Both the position numbers and the translations under genes were made by a program. Shown here one piece after another: positions 19,511 to 28,608 of a DNA stretch of 64,000 nucleotides. The DNA comes from Candidatus Hodarchaeota archaeon (GTDB taxonomy: Archaea > Asgardarchaeota > Heimdallarchaeia > Hodarchaeales > Hodarchaeaceae), in NCBI GenBank assembly GCA_016840035.1, contig JAEOTC010000031.1, forward strand, positions 15,917 through 79,916. The letters are read 5' to 3'. Numbering within the stretch: the first letter of the stretch is position 1; the number at the start of each line of letters is the position of its first letter. The notes under the pieces were generated by a model. The model ran no database searches. It was given only the letters and a program-made list of their open reading frames with translations, and had not been told where the DNA came from.

Positions 19511-21910
19511 TTACACCCCTACTTCTGCACGAGTAATTTCTGTTGACCTAGCAAGGAAATAATCGCCTAAAACGATTTTCCCCATCAAAACAATAAATGA
19601 ATCTGCTAGACTAGCAATACCTATTGTTTCACCAGTATCTTCCTTAATTCCAATTATTACTTCTTCAGCATCGCGATCAGCAGCTAAATATCCTTCTATT
19701 CCCTCAAATTTATGAGAATCGATCTGACGAATCCGAACATTAGGTTTCTGTAGAAGTTTCTTCAGCAAGTCTAGATGCTTTTCTTTGTCTATCATTGTAA
19801 CCAAATTTACTCGTTGATGGTTCTTTGTGGCTAGAATTAGGTCAACTGGGATATCTTCAATGAAAGGAATCAATAAGGTTATTCCACCTTTCAAACGGTC
19901 AAACATACCTGCGATATACGTTAAATTAGCTTCCTTCGAGATAATAGGAGCAGTTTGAACTTCTGGATGCTTAGTAGCTGTTACCAATGAAGCAAGTTTT
20001 TCTAAAGAGAATAAATAGTTTTTCAATGCCTCTTCATTCTTCTTCGAGACTTCCTGGAACTTGGTAGTATAGTCTCCTAATTCTCTCTCGAGAGTCTCCA
20101 TTTCGGTATGAATCCCGCTTGAAATTACTTCATTAACCTCTCCCAACTTTTGTACTGTTGAATTTGACATAGAACTTATAGTGGCAGTGGTTTTTTCTTG
20201 TAATCCGCGAGTTTTTGAAATCAATCCTTCTGATGCCTTATTAACTGTGTCTATAAGCGAAGTACCATATTTCTCGTCGTAAGACTGCACTAGAGTCTTC
20301 ATTTCGGAAACTGATTGTTGAATGCTTTGTTTTAACTCATTCATTTCATTTTGAATATGTGATGATAGTTCCTGATTTTTTGCTGTAACCTCATCCCTAA
20401 AGGAATCAATAGTTGCAGTATATTGAGAAAGAGATTGATTCTGACTAGTTGAAAAATCAGTTTTGAATCGATTTAATTCATCTTTGAGTGCAGATTCATG
20501 AGGTTTCATCGTAGTTGTAAACTCTGATACTTGTTTTTGAATTTCTTTTCTCAAAGATTCAATAGTTTCTTTCACATTGTTCAGAGAGGACTCCTTAAGT
20601 GTATTAATTTGAGAATTCGAATCTGTTTCAAACTGAACATAGTGAGATTCAATATCGGTAACAGCTTTCTCATACGTGGTATTTGCATTCGTAACCAAGT
20701 CAGTTAAAGTGCCTGTTGTATCATCAATTACTTTTTGGAAGTCATTTTCCACCTGTTGCTTCAATGAGTCCGAGTAAGAACCCATAGAACTTTCCACTTG
20801 TGATTTTGCAGAGTTTATCTTTTCGTTGAGAGAATCATGAATGTTCTGAATCATCTCAGATATTTGATTTTGCGCAGTACTCAAGATTTCATTAACAGAT
20901 TCCTTAATATTTTGCGCATTATCTGTAGTTTTACTCGTGAACTGGTCACGTGAACTTTGGAAAACATTAATTGCAGCATCTTTCTTTATCTCAAGATTTT
21001 GTTTGAAATTTTCCTGATAAGCGCCCAATGAATCCTTCACAAGCTGCTTACCCTGAGAACTCGTACTACTTACTGCATTTGATATTTCAGAAGAAGTGTC
21101 TGTCACAAAAGTAGTTAGAGTCTCCTCTTGAGAATTTATTGAAGAAATTACGGTTTCACCAGAAGTTTTCATGGTCGATTGAACCACTTCAAAACCCTGA
21201 CTTAATTTTGTACCCGTTTCTGTGGATAACTGTTCAAAGGACTCCACAAGACCTGTATTTCTCTCAGTTTCTCCAGATTTTAGTGAATCCAATCCTTCTA
21301 AGTACTTAGCTTCTAGATCTTTACTAGATTCACCGTATTTATTCTGAAATTCGTCTGCTTTCTGTTCAAACGTTGTACCCATACCAGATAATAGTTCTTC
21401 ATGCTCTGATTGTTTCTGTTTAATAGCCTCTTCAATTTTTTTCTTGCTTTCCTCATTTGCTTGCTCAGTTTCAAGAACTGCTTTAGCAGTATGTTCCTCA
21501 ATATCAGTTTGTGATTGAGTTTCGAACTGATCCACAGCGGTTTGCCCACTAGTGATACTCTCTTTCATACGTTGAGATTCATCACCCATTGTAGCAAGAA
21601 TAGTTTCCAATTTTTTAGCAACTTCTTCCCCTAATTGTGAAGCAAGAGCTTTAAGTTCAGCGATTGTTGCTTCTCCAGCACTTTTCAAATCTTTAAACGG
21701 TAAGATCGCGTGATATCTTGTAGCAATACCAGGGATATCAAAAGCATAATTTTTGTTCTTTAATCCCTCCATTGCATTCTTTATTTCCGCTGAAGAGAAC
21801 TCAGTACTCTTAATCAGTTCACCTAAACTAAGTGGACCATTTGCTAATAAGATTATATAGAGTTTACTTTCCTGATCGTTTAAATCTAATGATTTGAGTC
21901 CCAGACTCAT
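19511..21910 (-). CDS. TrmB-like winged-helix protein with a very long helical/coiled-coil insert and a C-terminal alpha/beta domain
   Basis: N-terminal LDLNDQESKLYIILLANGPLSLGEL...RYHAILP is a TrmB-type wHTH; about 570 aa of amphipathic helix follow, then a ~145-aa alpha/beta domain resembling the TrmB effector-binding core. Confidence 0.75.
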   Translation of the reverse strand: MSLGLKSLDLNDQESKLYIILLANGPLSLGELIKSTEFSSAEIKNAMEGLKNKNYAFDIPGIATRYHAILPFKDLKSAGEATIAELKALASQLGEEVAKKLETILATMGDESQRMKESITSGQTAVDQFETQSQTDIEEHTAKAVLETEQANEESKKKIEEAIKQKQSEHEELLSGMGTTFEQKADEFQNKYGESSKDLEAKYLEGLDSLKSGETERNTGLVESFEQLSTETGTKLSQGFEVVQSTMKTSGETVISSINSQEETLTTFVTDTSSEISNAVSSTSSQGKQLVKDSLGAYQENFKQNLEIKKDAAINVFQSSRDQFTSKTTDNAQNIKESVNEILSTAQNQISEMIQNIHDSLNEKINSAKSQVESSMGSYSDSLKQQVENDFQKVIDDTTGTLTDLVTNANTTYEKAVTDIESHYVQFETDSNSQINTLKESSLNNVKETIESLRKEIQKQVSEFTTTMKPHESALKDELNRFKTDFSTSQNQSLSQYTATIDSFRDEVTAKNQELSSHIQNEMNELKQSIQQSVSEMKTLVQSYDEKYGTSLIDTVNKASEGLISKTRGLQEKTTATISSMSNSTVQKLGEVNEVISSGIHTEMETLERELGDYTTKFQEVSKKNEEALKNYLFSLEKLASLVTATKHPEVQTAPIISKEANLTYIAGMFDRLKGGITLLIPFIEDIPVDLILATKNHQRVNLVTMIDKEKHLDLLKKLLQKPNVRIRQIDSHKFEGIEGYLAADRDAEEVIIGIKEDTGETIGIASLADSFIVLMGKIVLGDYFLARSTEITRAEVGV

Positions 21911-22349
21911 ATAATCACCTGTTTAACATTTTTATTTCTCATTTGTGGATTGATAATTACTCCTAGAATCTGATAAACATCAAATTTTGTCACAGATGAA
22001 TAATTCTTCCCTGTTTCAAAAAGTGAAATCCTCAAATGAGGTAGTCGCTTAAAATTAACACTAAACAGATGTTATAAAGATACGCTTTCTAAGATAGAAG
22101 CAAAAAAAGACCATTATTTTGTATTAAAATATGTTCATAAACGTGAGAAGGCATTAACAGTCTAGAAATCTGCGTAAAATTTGCTGTTTCGACGTTAGGT
22201 TGTAATTTAACTGAATCTTAAATAATAATAATCAGCATTTCAAGAATTCAAGTTATTGCGTTAGTGTACCAAATAAATTTGATACTGTATCTATTGAAAA
22301 ATTATTATAAGTCTTGAAAACCACTTACAGTTTAGGGTAATCTGGTGGT

Positions 22350-22919
22350 ATGTACGTGGATTTAAAATCATTGAATGAAATGGATATCCTTGAAGCAGCA
22401 TTGTTTATTATTGATCGACCAGTTACCTATCAAGAACTGTCAGAAATTATTCAAAAAGATGAGAATGAAATAGAACGCTATATCGAAGAAATTAGAGACA
22501 TACATTTGGACAAAAATACTGCTTATCACATTGTGAATGTGGAGGATAAAGTTGTACAGCTAAAAATCAGAGATGAAGTTGCAGCTCACCTACATTGGCC
22601 ATTCATTAAGCGTAGTGATGTCCCAAGGCATCTTTTGAAGATTTTAAGTCTAATAGCGTTTAAGGAATATGTTCTCAATGAAATAGTAAGTCCAAGTAAA
22701 CTCATTCGGATTTTTGGAAAAGCAGTTTCACAGGATCTTGACGAATTACAAACCATGTCACTAATTAATGTAACGCCTAAAGGGAATAAGCGGGAAATAA
22801 CTGTTACTGAAGACTTCTTAAACCTTTTTAAGTTACCTCATGAACCTGACAAAGTCAAAATCGCAATCCAGAGAGGTCTTAAGGATTACGCTATGAGTCA
22901 ACTTCAAATGACCGACTAA
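22350..22919 (+). CDS. scpB: ScpB (kite) paralogue 1
   Basis: ILEAALFIIDRPV, LKILSLIAFKE, VTEDFLNLFKL: tandem winged-helix ScpB signatures. Confidence 0.85.
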   Translation: MYVDLKSLNEMDILEAALFIIDRPVTYQELSEIIQKDENEIERYIEEIRDIHLDKNTAYHIVNVEDKVVQLKIRDEVAAHLHWPFIKRSDVPRHLLKILSLIAFKEYVLNEIVSPSKLIRIFGKAVSQDLDELQTMSLINVTPKGNKREITVTEDFLNLFKLPHEPDKVKIAIQRGLKDYAMSQLQMTD

Positions 22920-22942
22920 GTACCCCAAATTGAGGAGAAAAT

Positions 22943-24103
22943 ATGTTTCGCTTATTTCGCAGAAGGAAGAAAGAGGATACGAAAGAACCTGTAGAAGAGA
23001 AGGTTCCAACGGAGACTGTAGTCGAGGAAAAATCAGTAATTCCTGAAGTCCCAAGCATTGAAGAGAAAGTAGAAGAAGAGCAAGTTTTTGAAACAAAAGA
23101 AACCCCTTTTGAAGATAAGTTCGCCCAATTAACGCATATTCTTCCCGAAACCCTCTTAGAAGAAGAACCAACCACACCTGAACAAAAAATTCTACCTTTT
23201 ATTCAAAATGTAATCGAACAAGGCTCTTCCTTTGCCGATTTCATGTCTCCTCAGATTATAAGCAAAGAATCAGAAGGAGAACTAAAATTAAGGGAGGAAG
23301 AATACGTTATCACAAGGAAAGAACTCCCCCCAGCTTCTCTTGAAGAACGAATTGATGGAGCTCTGTTTTCGGTCGGAAGACCGATTCATGCAGATGAGTT
23401 AATCGAAAGTTTTGAAGAAGACTCACCAACAGTCAAACGCGCAATAAGAAAGTTGAGTAGGAAAAGACAACGTACCAGTGCAATAGTAGTTGAAGAAATC
23501 TCCAAGGATAGGTGGGTAATGCAACTCAACCCAATATTCCATGAATTTTTCCAACCTTTGCTACCCGATCAATTTCTGTTGCCTGATGAAAGGAGAGTAT
23601 TAACAGAGATCGCCTATCGTCAACCAATTTCCTTAGCGTTGGTTAAGAAAATGGTCGTTGGAATGGGCCCTCTTAAGATTAATGAAATCTGTAAGAAGTT
23701 GGAAGAACAAAGTTTCATTGTATCGGAGCAAAGAGCAAGATCCTTGATTTTCACCACGACACCTAAATTTGCTAGTTCATTTGGGTTTGACAATGAAAGC
23801 CGTAGATTAAAATTACAGATGCTTTGGAGATTGAAACGGTTGATGGGTGACTTTGAAGCAGAAGAGGAGGAAGAGGGTGAGGAAGAATTACTCGAGACTC
23901 AAGCAACTACAGAAACTCAACCTGAATCCGACACAATCAAACCTCCCACGGATGGGGAACCTCATGAGCCAGAATTAGAGGAAGAACAACCTCAGGTCGT
24001 AGAAGAAGAACCCCTTACTGATAGTGTGGATGCAAATAGTACAGATCGGATGATAAAAGAAGTCTCAGAAATAAAGGCAGATATTCTTTCAGAAGAAGAG
24101 TGA
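22943..24103 (+). CDS. scpB: ScpB (kite) paralogue 2 with acidic N- and C-terminal extensions
   Basis: Core RIDGALFSVGRPI, VLTEIAYRQPIS, FTTTPKFASSFG, flanked by about 130 aa and 85 aa of E/P/T-rich sequence. Confidence 0.82.
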   Translation: MFRLFRRRKKEDTKEPVEEKVPTETVVEEKSVIPEVPSIEEKVEEEQVFETKETPFEDKFAQLTHILPETLLEEEPTTPEQKILPFIQNVIEQGSSFADFMSPQIISKESEGELKLREEEYVITRKELPPASLEERIDGALFSVGRPIHADELIESFEEDSPTVKRAIRKLSRKRQRTSAIVVEEISKDRWVMQLNPIFHEFFQPLLPDQFLLPDERRVLTEIAYRQPISLALVKKMVVGMGPLKINEICKKLEEQSFIVSEQRARSLIFTTTPKFASSFGFDNESRRLKLQMLWRLKRLMGDFEAEEEEEGEEELLETQATTETQPESDTIKPPTDGEPHEPELEEEQPQVVEEEPLTDSVDANSTDRMIKEVSEIKADILSEEE

Positions 24104-24108
24104 CACAC

Positions 24109-24633
24109 TCACATATCGATTTTGTCAATATTATCTTTTACTAGCTTAGTGTATATCTCAGTAATGATATCCCCTCCTATTTTTGCAGAACATTCATAAA
24201 AGGGGATACTAAATGATTTGGCTAAGGCAGTACCTTCTTCAGTAGTAACTTGTCTTTCATCTTCCAGATCAATTTTATTTCCAATAATCGCAATCGATTT
24301 TTCCTCTCCCTGAACACTACGATAATCATTTATCCAGTATTCCAACGAATCAAAGGTTTCCTTTCGAGTAATATCATAAACAATCAGACAACCGACTGAC
24401 CCTTCATAATAAAATTTGCGGAGTTTACCAAAATACTCCTGACCTGCGGTATCATGTAAAATGAGCTTAACTTCTTGTGTGTTGATTGTTATTACTTTAG
24501 TAGTAATATCAACTCCAATCGTTGGCATATAATTCGTAGAGAAAGCCCCTTCAGCATACCGTCTAATAAGTGATGTTTTACCTACTTGGTAAGACCCCGA
24601 AGAACAAATTTTCAGAACATATCTATCCTTCAT
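24109..24633 (-). CDS. Rab-like small GTPase
   Basis: GSYQVGKTS, YMPTIGVD, DTAGQEYF, YYEG, NKID, ECSAK. Confidence 0.93.
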   Translation of the reverse strand: MKDRYVLKICSSGSYQVGKTSLIRRYAEGAFSTNYMPTIGVDITTKVITINTQEVKLILHDTAGQEYFGKLRKFYYEGSVGCLIVYDITRKETFDSLEYWINDYRSVQGEEKSIAIIGNKIDLEDERQVTTEEGTALAKSFSIPFYECSAKIGGDIITEIYTKLVKDNIDKIDM

Positions 24634-24930
24634 TGAATTAATTCCCCTAATTTCTCGGTTGAATACTAGTTTCTCAATTGAATTGACTAAGAAGTTACAT
24701 CTATTTACTTACATTATTGATTGAAAAACTTCAGAATTTAACTCTATGGATATTAAGATTTGATTCTTTATATACACTCGTTTTGACCTAAATGATAGAT
24801 CAATTAGTGAGAGGGATGTTTACCATTGTTAAGCAATATATCTAATAAGATTCCTTGGGAACTTTTATTTGCCTAGTAAGGTTATTAGAGCGGTTTTATG
24901 GGCTCTTAATAACTAGGAGATGTACTTGTT

Positions 24931-25509
24931 TTGACAGATAATATAATAGATATCCGATTACACGGTAGAGGTGGACAAGGTGTCATGACTAGTAGTTACT
25001 TGATAGCAGAGGCTGCACTACTAGAAGATAAGCATGTTCACGCCTTTCCAACTTTTGGTCCGGAGCGCAGTGGCGCACCTATTGCTGCATTTGCACGAAT
25101 TTCGGACGAAAAGTTTTACATGAAGACAGAAGTCTATGAACCAGACGTAGTCGTCGTTCAAGACCCCTCACTCCTCAGTCAAATTGATGTGACGGCAGGA
25201 TTACAAGAAGGGGGGTTAGTTTTAATTAACACAAATAATCCCAATAAAGAGGATGTACAGGCTGTAAAACAAAAACGACCCGATGCAAAGTTCGCTACTG
25301 TTGATGCATCAAAAATTGCAGCAGAAGAAATTGGTTTATCTGTTACCAATACCGCAATCCTTGGTGCTCTATGTAAAGTAACTGATAATAAAATCATAAA
25401 GCTGAATGTTCTTGAAAAAGCAATAAAAAATCGTTTTAAAGGGAAAGGAGCAATTGCTGAAAAGAATATCAAAGCTATAAACCGTTCTTATGCGGAGGTT
25501 ATGATGTAA
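24931..25509 (+). CDS. porG: pyruvate/2-oxoacid:ferredoxin oxidoreductase gamma subunit
   Basis: RLHGRGGQG, FPTFGPERSGAP, NTAILGA. Confidence 0.92.
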   Translation: MTDNIIDIRLHGRGGQGVMTSSYLIAEAALLEDKHVHAFPTFGPERSGAPIAAFARISDEKFYMKTEVYEPDVVVVQDPSLLSQIDVTAGLQEGGLVLINTNNPNKEDVQAVKQKRPDAKFATVDASKIAAEEIGLSVTNTAILGALCKVTDNKIIKLNVLEKAIKNRFKGKGAIAEKNIKAINRSYAEVMM

Positions 25510-25862
25510 TGCCAGACGTATTACCTACTGATGTAAATGATGATGAATTTAAGAAATGGGTAGCAGAAAAATGGGGATACAAGAAGCTGCCAATGGCTGG
25601 CTCTACTCCGGCTGGTACAGCAAAATTCTTTCGAACAGGAGATTGGGCCGCAAAACAACCAAGATTAATCGTAGAAAATTGCACAAGCTGTTTTAAATGC
25701 TACTTCTACTGTCCTGATAGCGCAATCACAATGGTTGAAGGTGAAGATGGAAAAGCTCATCCTGAATTCGATATGTATTACTGTAAAGGATGTGGTGTTT
25801 GTGCACATGAATGTCCAGGAAGGAAAGGAGAAAAAGCAATCGTTATGGAGGATTTAAAATGA
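25509..25862 (+). CDS. porD: pyruvate/2-oxoacid:ferredoxin oxidoreductase delta subunit (2x[4Fe-4S])
   Basis: RTGDW, CTSCFKCYFYCPD, YCKGCGVCAHECP; TAATG coupling with porG. Confidence 0.92.
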   Translation: MPDVLPTDVNDDEFKKWVAEKWGYKKLPMAGSTPAGTAKFFRTGDWAAKQPRLIVENCTSCFKCYFYCPDSAITMVEGEDGKAHPEFDMYYCKGCGVCAHECPGRKGEKAIVMEDLK

Positions 25863-27034
25863 GTAAAATTGCAGTAACAGGCGATGATGCAATCGCTCAA
25901 GCAGCTAAATTGGTCAATCCTGATGTGGTAGCCGCCTACCCGATTACTCCCCAAACAATTATTGTCGAACGATTTTCTGACTTCGTCGCTGATGGAGAAG
26001 TAGACACAGAATTTGTGTGTGTTGAATCTGAGCATTCAGCCATGTCTGCTTGTATCGGCGCGAGTACAGCAGGTGGTAGAGTATTCACTTCTTCCGCAAG
26101 CGCAGGTCTAATGTTGATGTATGAGATCATACAGATCGCTTCTTCATCTCGTACTCCAATTGTCTGTGCAGTTGCAAACAGAGCAATTTCTGGTCCCATT
26201 AACATTCACGGAGAACAGACCGATCAACTTCTGTTTAGAGACAGTGGATGGATTAGCCAATTTGCTGAAACAAACCAAGAAGCTTACGATCAAACAATTA
26301 TGGCCTTCAAAATCGGTGAACACCCAGAAGTTCTCCTTCCCGTTGCTGTAGGAATTGATGGATTCATTCTTTCCCACGCAATTGAAGGGATTGAACCCGT
26401 AACGAAAGATTCAGTTTATAATTTCCTTGGAGGAGAAAGAAAATCCACTCTTCGCTTGGATCCCGACAATCCAGTGAGTATAGGATTATTACATCTTCAG
26501 GATTATTATATGGAAGCACGAGCTCAAGTCCGAGATGCCCAGCAGCGCTCAAAGCAAGTCATTATTGATACATTTAACGAATGGAAAAACCTCACTGGCC
26601 GTCAATACAACCCAGTTGAAAGTTACAAAATGGATGATGCAGAATATGCATTCGTTACAATGGGAAGTGGAGCTGGAAATGCTCGAACTGCCATTGACGA
26701 GTTACGTGCCAAAGGTGAAAAGGTTGGACTCATCAAAGTAAGAGTATACCGACCTTGGTTTGGAGAAGAATTTTCAAATTTGACCAAAAACGTGAAAGGT
26801 GTAATTACAGTTGAACGGGCACATTCATTCGGTAGCCCTGGAGGTATTTTAGGACAAGATGTCAAATCTACCTTATTTGATGCGAAACAAACCCCCTATG
26901 TCGCAGAATATTGTTATGGTCTAGGTGGTCGTGACTGTTTAGTCAAAGAATGGGTAGAAATTTACAATCGGTCAAAACAGAGTTTCAGCGAAGGTAAGAG
27001 CCTTCCATATTTCTGGTGGGGTGTTCGAGAATAG
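25859..27034 (+). CDS. porA: pyruvate/2-oxoacid:ferredoxin oxidoreductase alpha subunit
   Basis: AAYPITPQT, VESEHSAMS, DGFILSH, GLGGRD; GGAGG precedes ATG 25859, ATGA overlap with porD. Confidence 0.93.
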   Translation: MSKIAVTGDDAIAQAAKLVNPDVVAAYPITPQTIIVERFSDFVADGEVDTEFVCVESEHSAMSACIGASTAGGRVFTSSASAGLMLMYEIIQIASSSRTPIVCAVANRAISGPINIHGEQTDQLLFRDSGWISQFAETNQEAYDQTIMAFKIGEHPEVLLPVAVGIDGFILSHAIEGIEPVTKDSVYNFLGGERKSTLRLDPDNPVSIGLLHLQDYYMEARAQVRDAQQRSKQVIIDTFNEWKNLTGRQYNPVESYKMDDAEYAFVTMGSGAGNARTAIDELRAKGEKVGLIKVRVYRPWFGEEFSNLTKNVKGVITVERAHSFGSPGGILGQDVKSTLFDAKQTPYVAEYCYGLGGRDCLVKEWVEIYNRSKQSFSEGKSLPYFWWGVRE

Positions 27035-27045
27035 GAGGAATAATC

Positions 27046-27993
27046 ATGCCTACACTAAAAGATTATGCAAAAAAAGAAGTTACGTTTTCTGGTGGACATC
27101 GATTATGTGCTGGTTGTGCAGCTGGATCCATGGCACGACAGGTTACCATGGCATTTGACAAACCAACAGTAATTTGTAATGCCACTGGTTGCTTGGAAGT
27201 AGCAAGCACAATTTATCCGTTTACCGCATGGGAAGTCCCCTGGTTACATGTTGCATTTGAAAACACATCTGCTGTCGCTAGTGGTGTTGAAGCAGCATAT
27301 AAAGCAATGCGTCGCAAACATATGATTAAAGATGAGCATATTGATATCATCGCCTTTGGTGGTGATGGTGGGACTTTTGATATAGGACTACAATCACTTT
27401 CTGGTGCATTGGAAAGAGGACATGACTTTCTCTACATCTGTTATGACAATGGAGCCTATATGAATACTGGTATTCAACGATCAGGTGGTACTCCCTTCAC
27501 TGCAAGCACAACCACTTCCCCTGCAGGTACCGTTGTACCAGGTAAAGGTCAATTCAAAAAACCTCTTATGGACATTGTGGTTGCTCATAGAATTCCCTTT
27601 GTAGCAACAGCTGTTCCTGCAGAACCGAAAGATTTGATTGAAAAGGTCAGACAGGGATTAGATGTCGAAGGCCCGGCATTTATTCATGTAGATGCCTCGT
27701 GCACACGTGGACAACGATTTGATCCATCTCTTTCCATCGAAATCACTCGATTAGCGGTCCAGACATGTATTCATCCTCTGTATCGTGTAGTAAATGGAGA
27801 ATACACAATGGATCGGCCTAGTCTTCGTATTGCAAATGATCCAAGTAAGAAAAAATCTATTGAGGAATATCTTAAGTCTCAAGGAAGATTTAGACATCTG
27901 TATAAACCTGAAAGACAAGATGATCTTATTAGGATGTTTCAAGAGGACATTGACAAGCGATGGGAAGAAATTAGAACCAAATGTGGGGTATAA
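27046..27993 (+). CDS. porB: pyruvate/2-oxoacid:ferredoxin oxidoreductase beta subunit (TPP-binding)
   Basis: GHRLCAGC, TGCLEV, GGDGGTFDIG, DNGAYMNTGIQRS; GGAGG precedes ATG 27046. Confidence 0.93.
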   Translation: MPTLKDYAKKEVTFSGGHRLCAGCAAGSMARQVTMAFDKPTVICNATGCLEVASTIYPFTAWEVPWLHVAFENTSAVASGVEAAYKAMRRKHMIKDEHIDIIAFGGDGGTFDIGLQSLSGALERGHDFLYICYDNGAYMNTGIQRSGGTPFTASTTTSPAGTVVPGKGQFKKPLMDIVVAHRIPFVATAVPAEPKDLIEKVRQGLDVEGPAFIHVDASCTRGQRFDPSLSIEITRLAVQTCIHPLYRVVNGEYTMDRPSLRIANDPSKKKSIEEYLKSQGRFRHLYKPERQDDLIRMFQEDIDKRWEEIRTKCGV

Positions 27994-28107
27994 AATCTCC
28001 CATCAATTTTTCTTTTTTCTACTATCTCCATCTGAGTATAAGTTTTTAACCCCAAAGTGATTATTATATTCGAATTATCCAGAATTCGCTAAAATTGAGG
28101 GTTTCAA

Positions 28108-28278
28108 ATGGAAACTGATGGTATTTCAGTTCAACAAACTACTACAGGACTTAAACTAGTTTTAGAAGGAGATCTCTATAAATCAATTGCTGCAAAATGG
28201 GAAGAAGGGCAACTTCGTCCTTTTTACACACTTTTAAAAGATTTTATTAAAGCACTTGAAGAATCATATGATGAATAA
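28108..28278 (+). CDS. small hypothetical protein (56 aa), below the ORF-track cutoff
   Basis: GAGG RBS then METDGISVQQTTTGLKLVLEGDLYKSIAAKWEEGQLRPFYTLLKDFIKALEESYDE; stop lies 3 nt from the convergent neighbour's stop. Confidence 0.6.
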   Translation: METDGISVQQTTTGLKLVLEGDLYKSIAAKWEEGQLRPFYTLLKDFIKALEESYDE

Positions 28279-28281
28279 ATC

Positions 28282-28608
28282 TTACCACTCATATGGTGAA
28301 GTTCCATCAATGAGTTTTCCTTCAAAGAGAACTAGTATTTCATAGATTTCATTGCAGGCTTCTTGGATCTCCGATGTCAACTCCTGAGAGGTCTGCAGAT
28401 TTACAAATAAATTATCATTTTGCCAATCGATACGTAATTTTATCCCTTGACTTTGATAGACGATGTGAAATGTCGGTACTTTTTCAGAATACTGATATTT
28501 TATTTCATTTTCCCGTAGTATACTCTTTAAATCTTCTTTAAAATTGTTCCATTCATTCCTATCATCAAATTTTAAAGTAAAAAAATGTGGCTTTACTTGC
28601 TCATTCAA
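28282..28608 (-). CDS. hypothetical protein (~108 aa)
   Basis: GAGGAG upstream of TTG 28608, overlapping the hydrolase stop; the track's start at 28677 lies inside the upstream gene. Confidence 0.65.
   Translation of the reverse strand: MNEQVKPHFFTLKFDDRNEWNNFKEDLKSILRENEIKYQYSEKVPTFHIVYQSQGIKLRIDWQNDNLFVNLQTSQELTSEIQEACNEIYEILVLFEGKLIDGTSPYEW

Noticed and set aside
15047-24103. SMC locus as a Wadjet/MksBEFG defence system using a Toprim nuclease
   Set aside because: The SMC is canonical housekeeping type, no JetD is adjacent, and Top6A is over 20 kb away and paired with Top6B.
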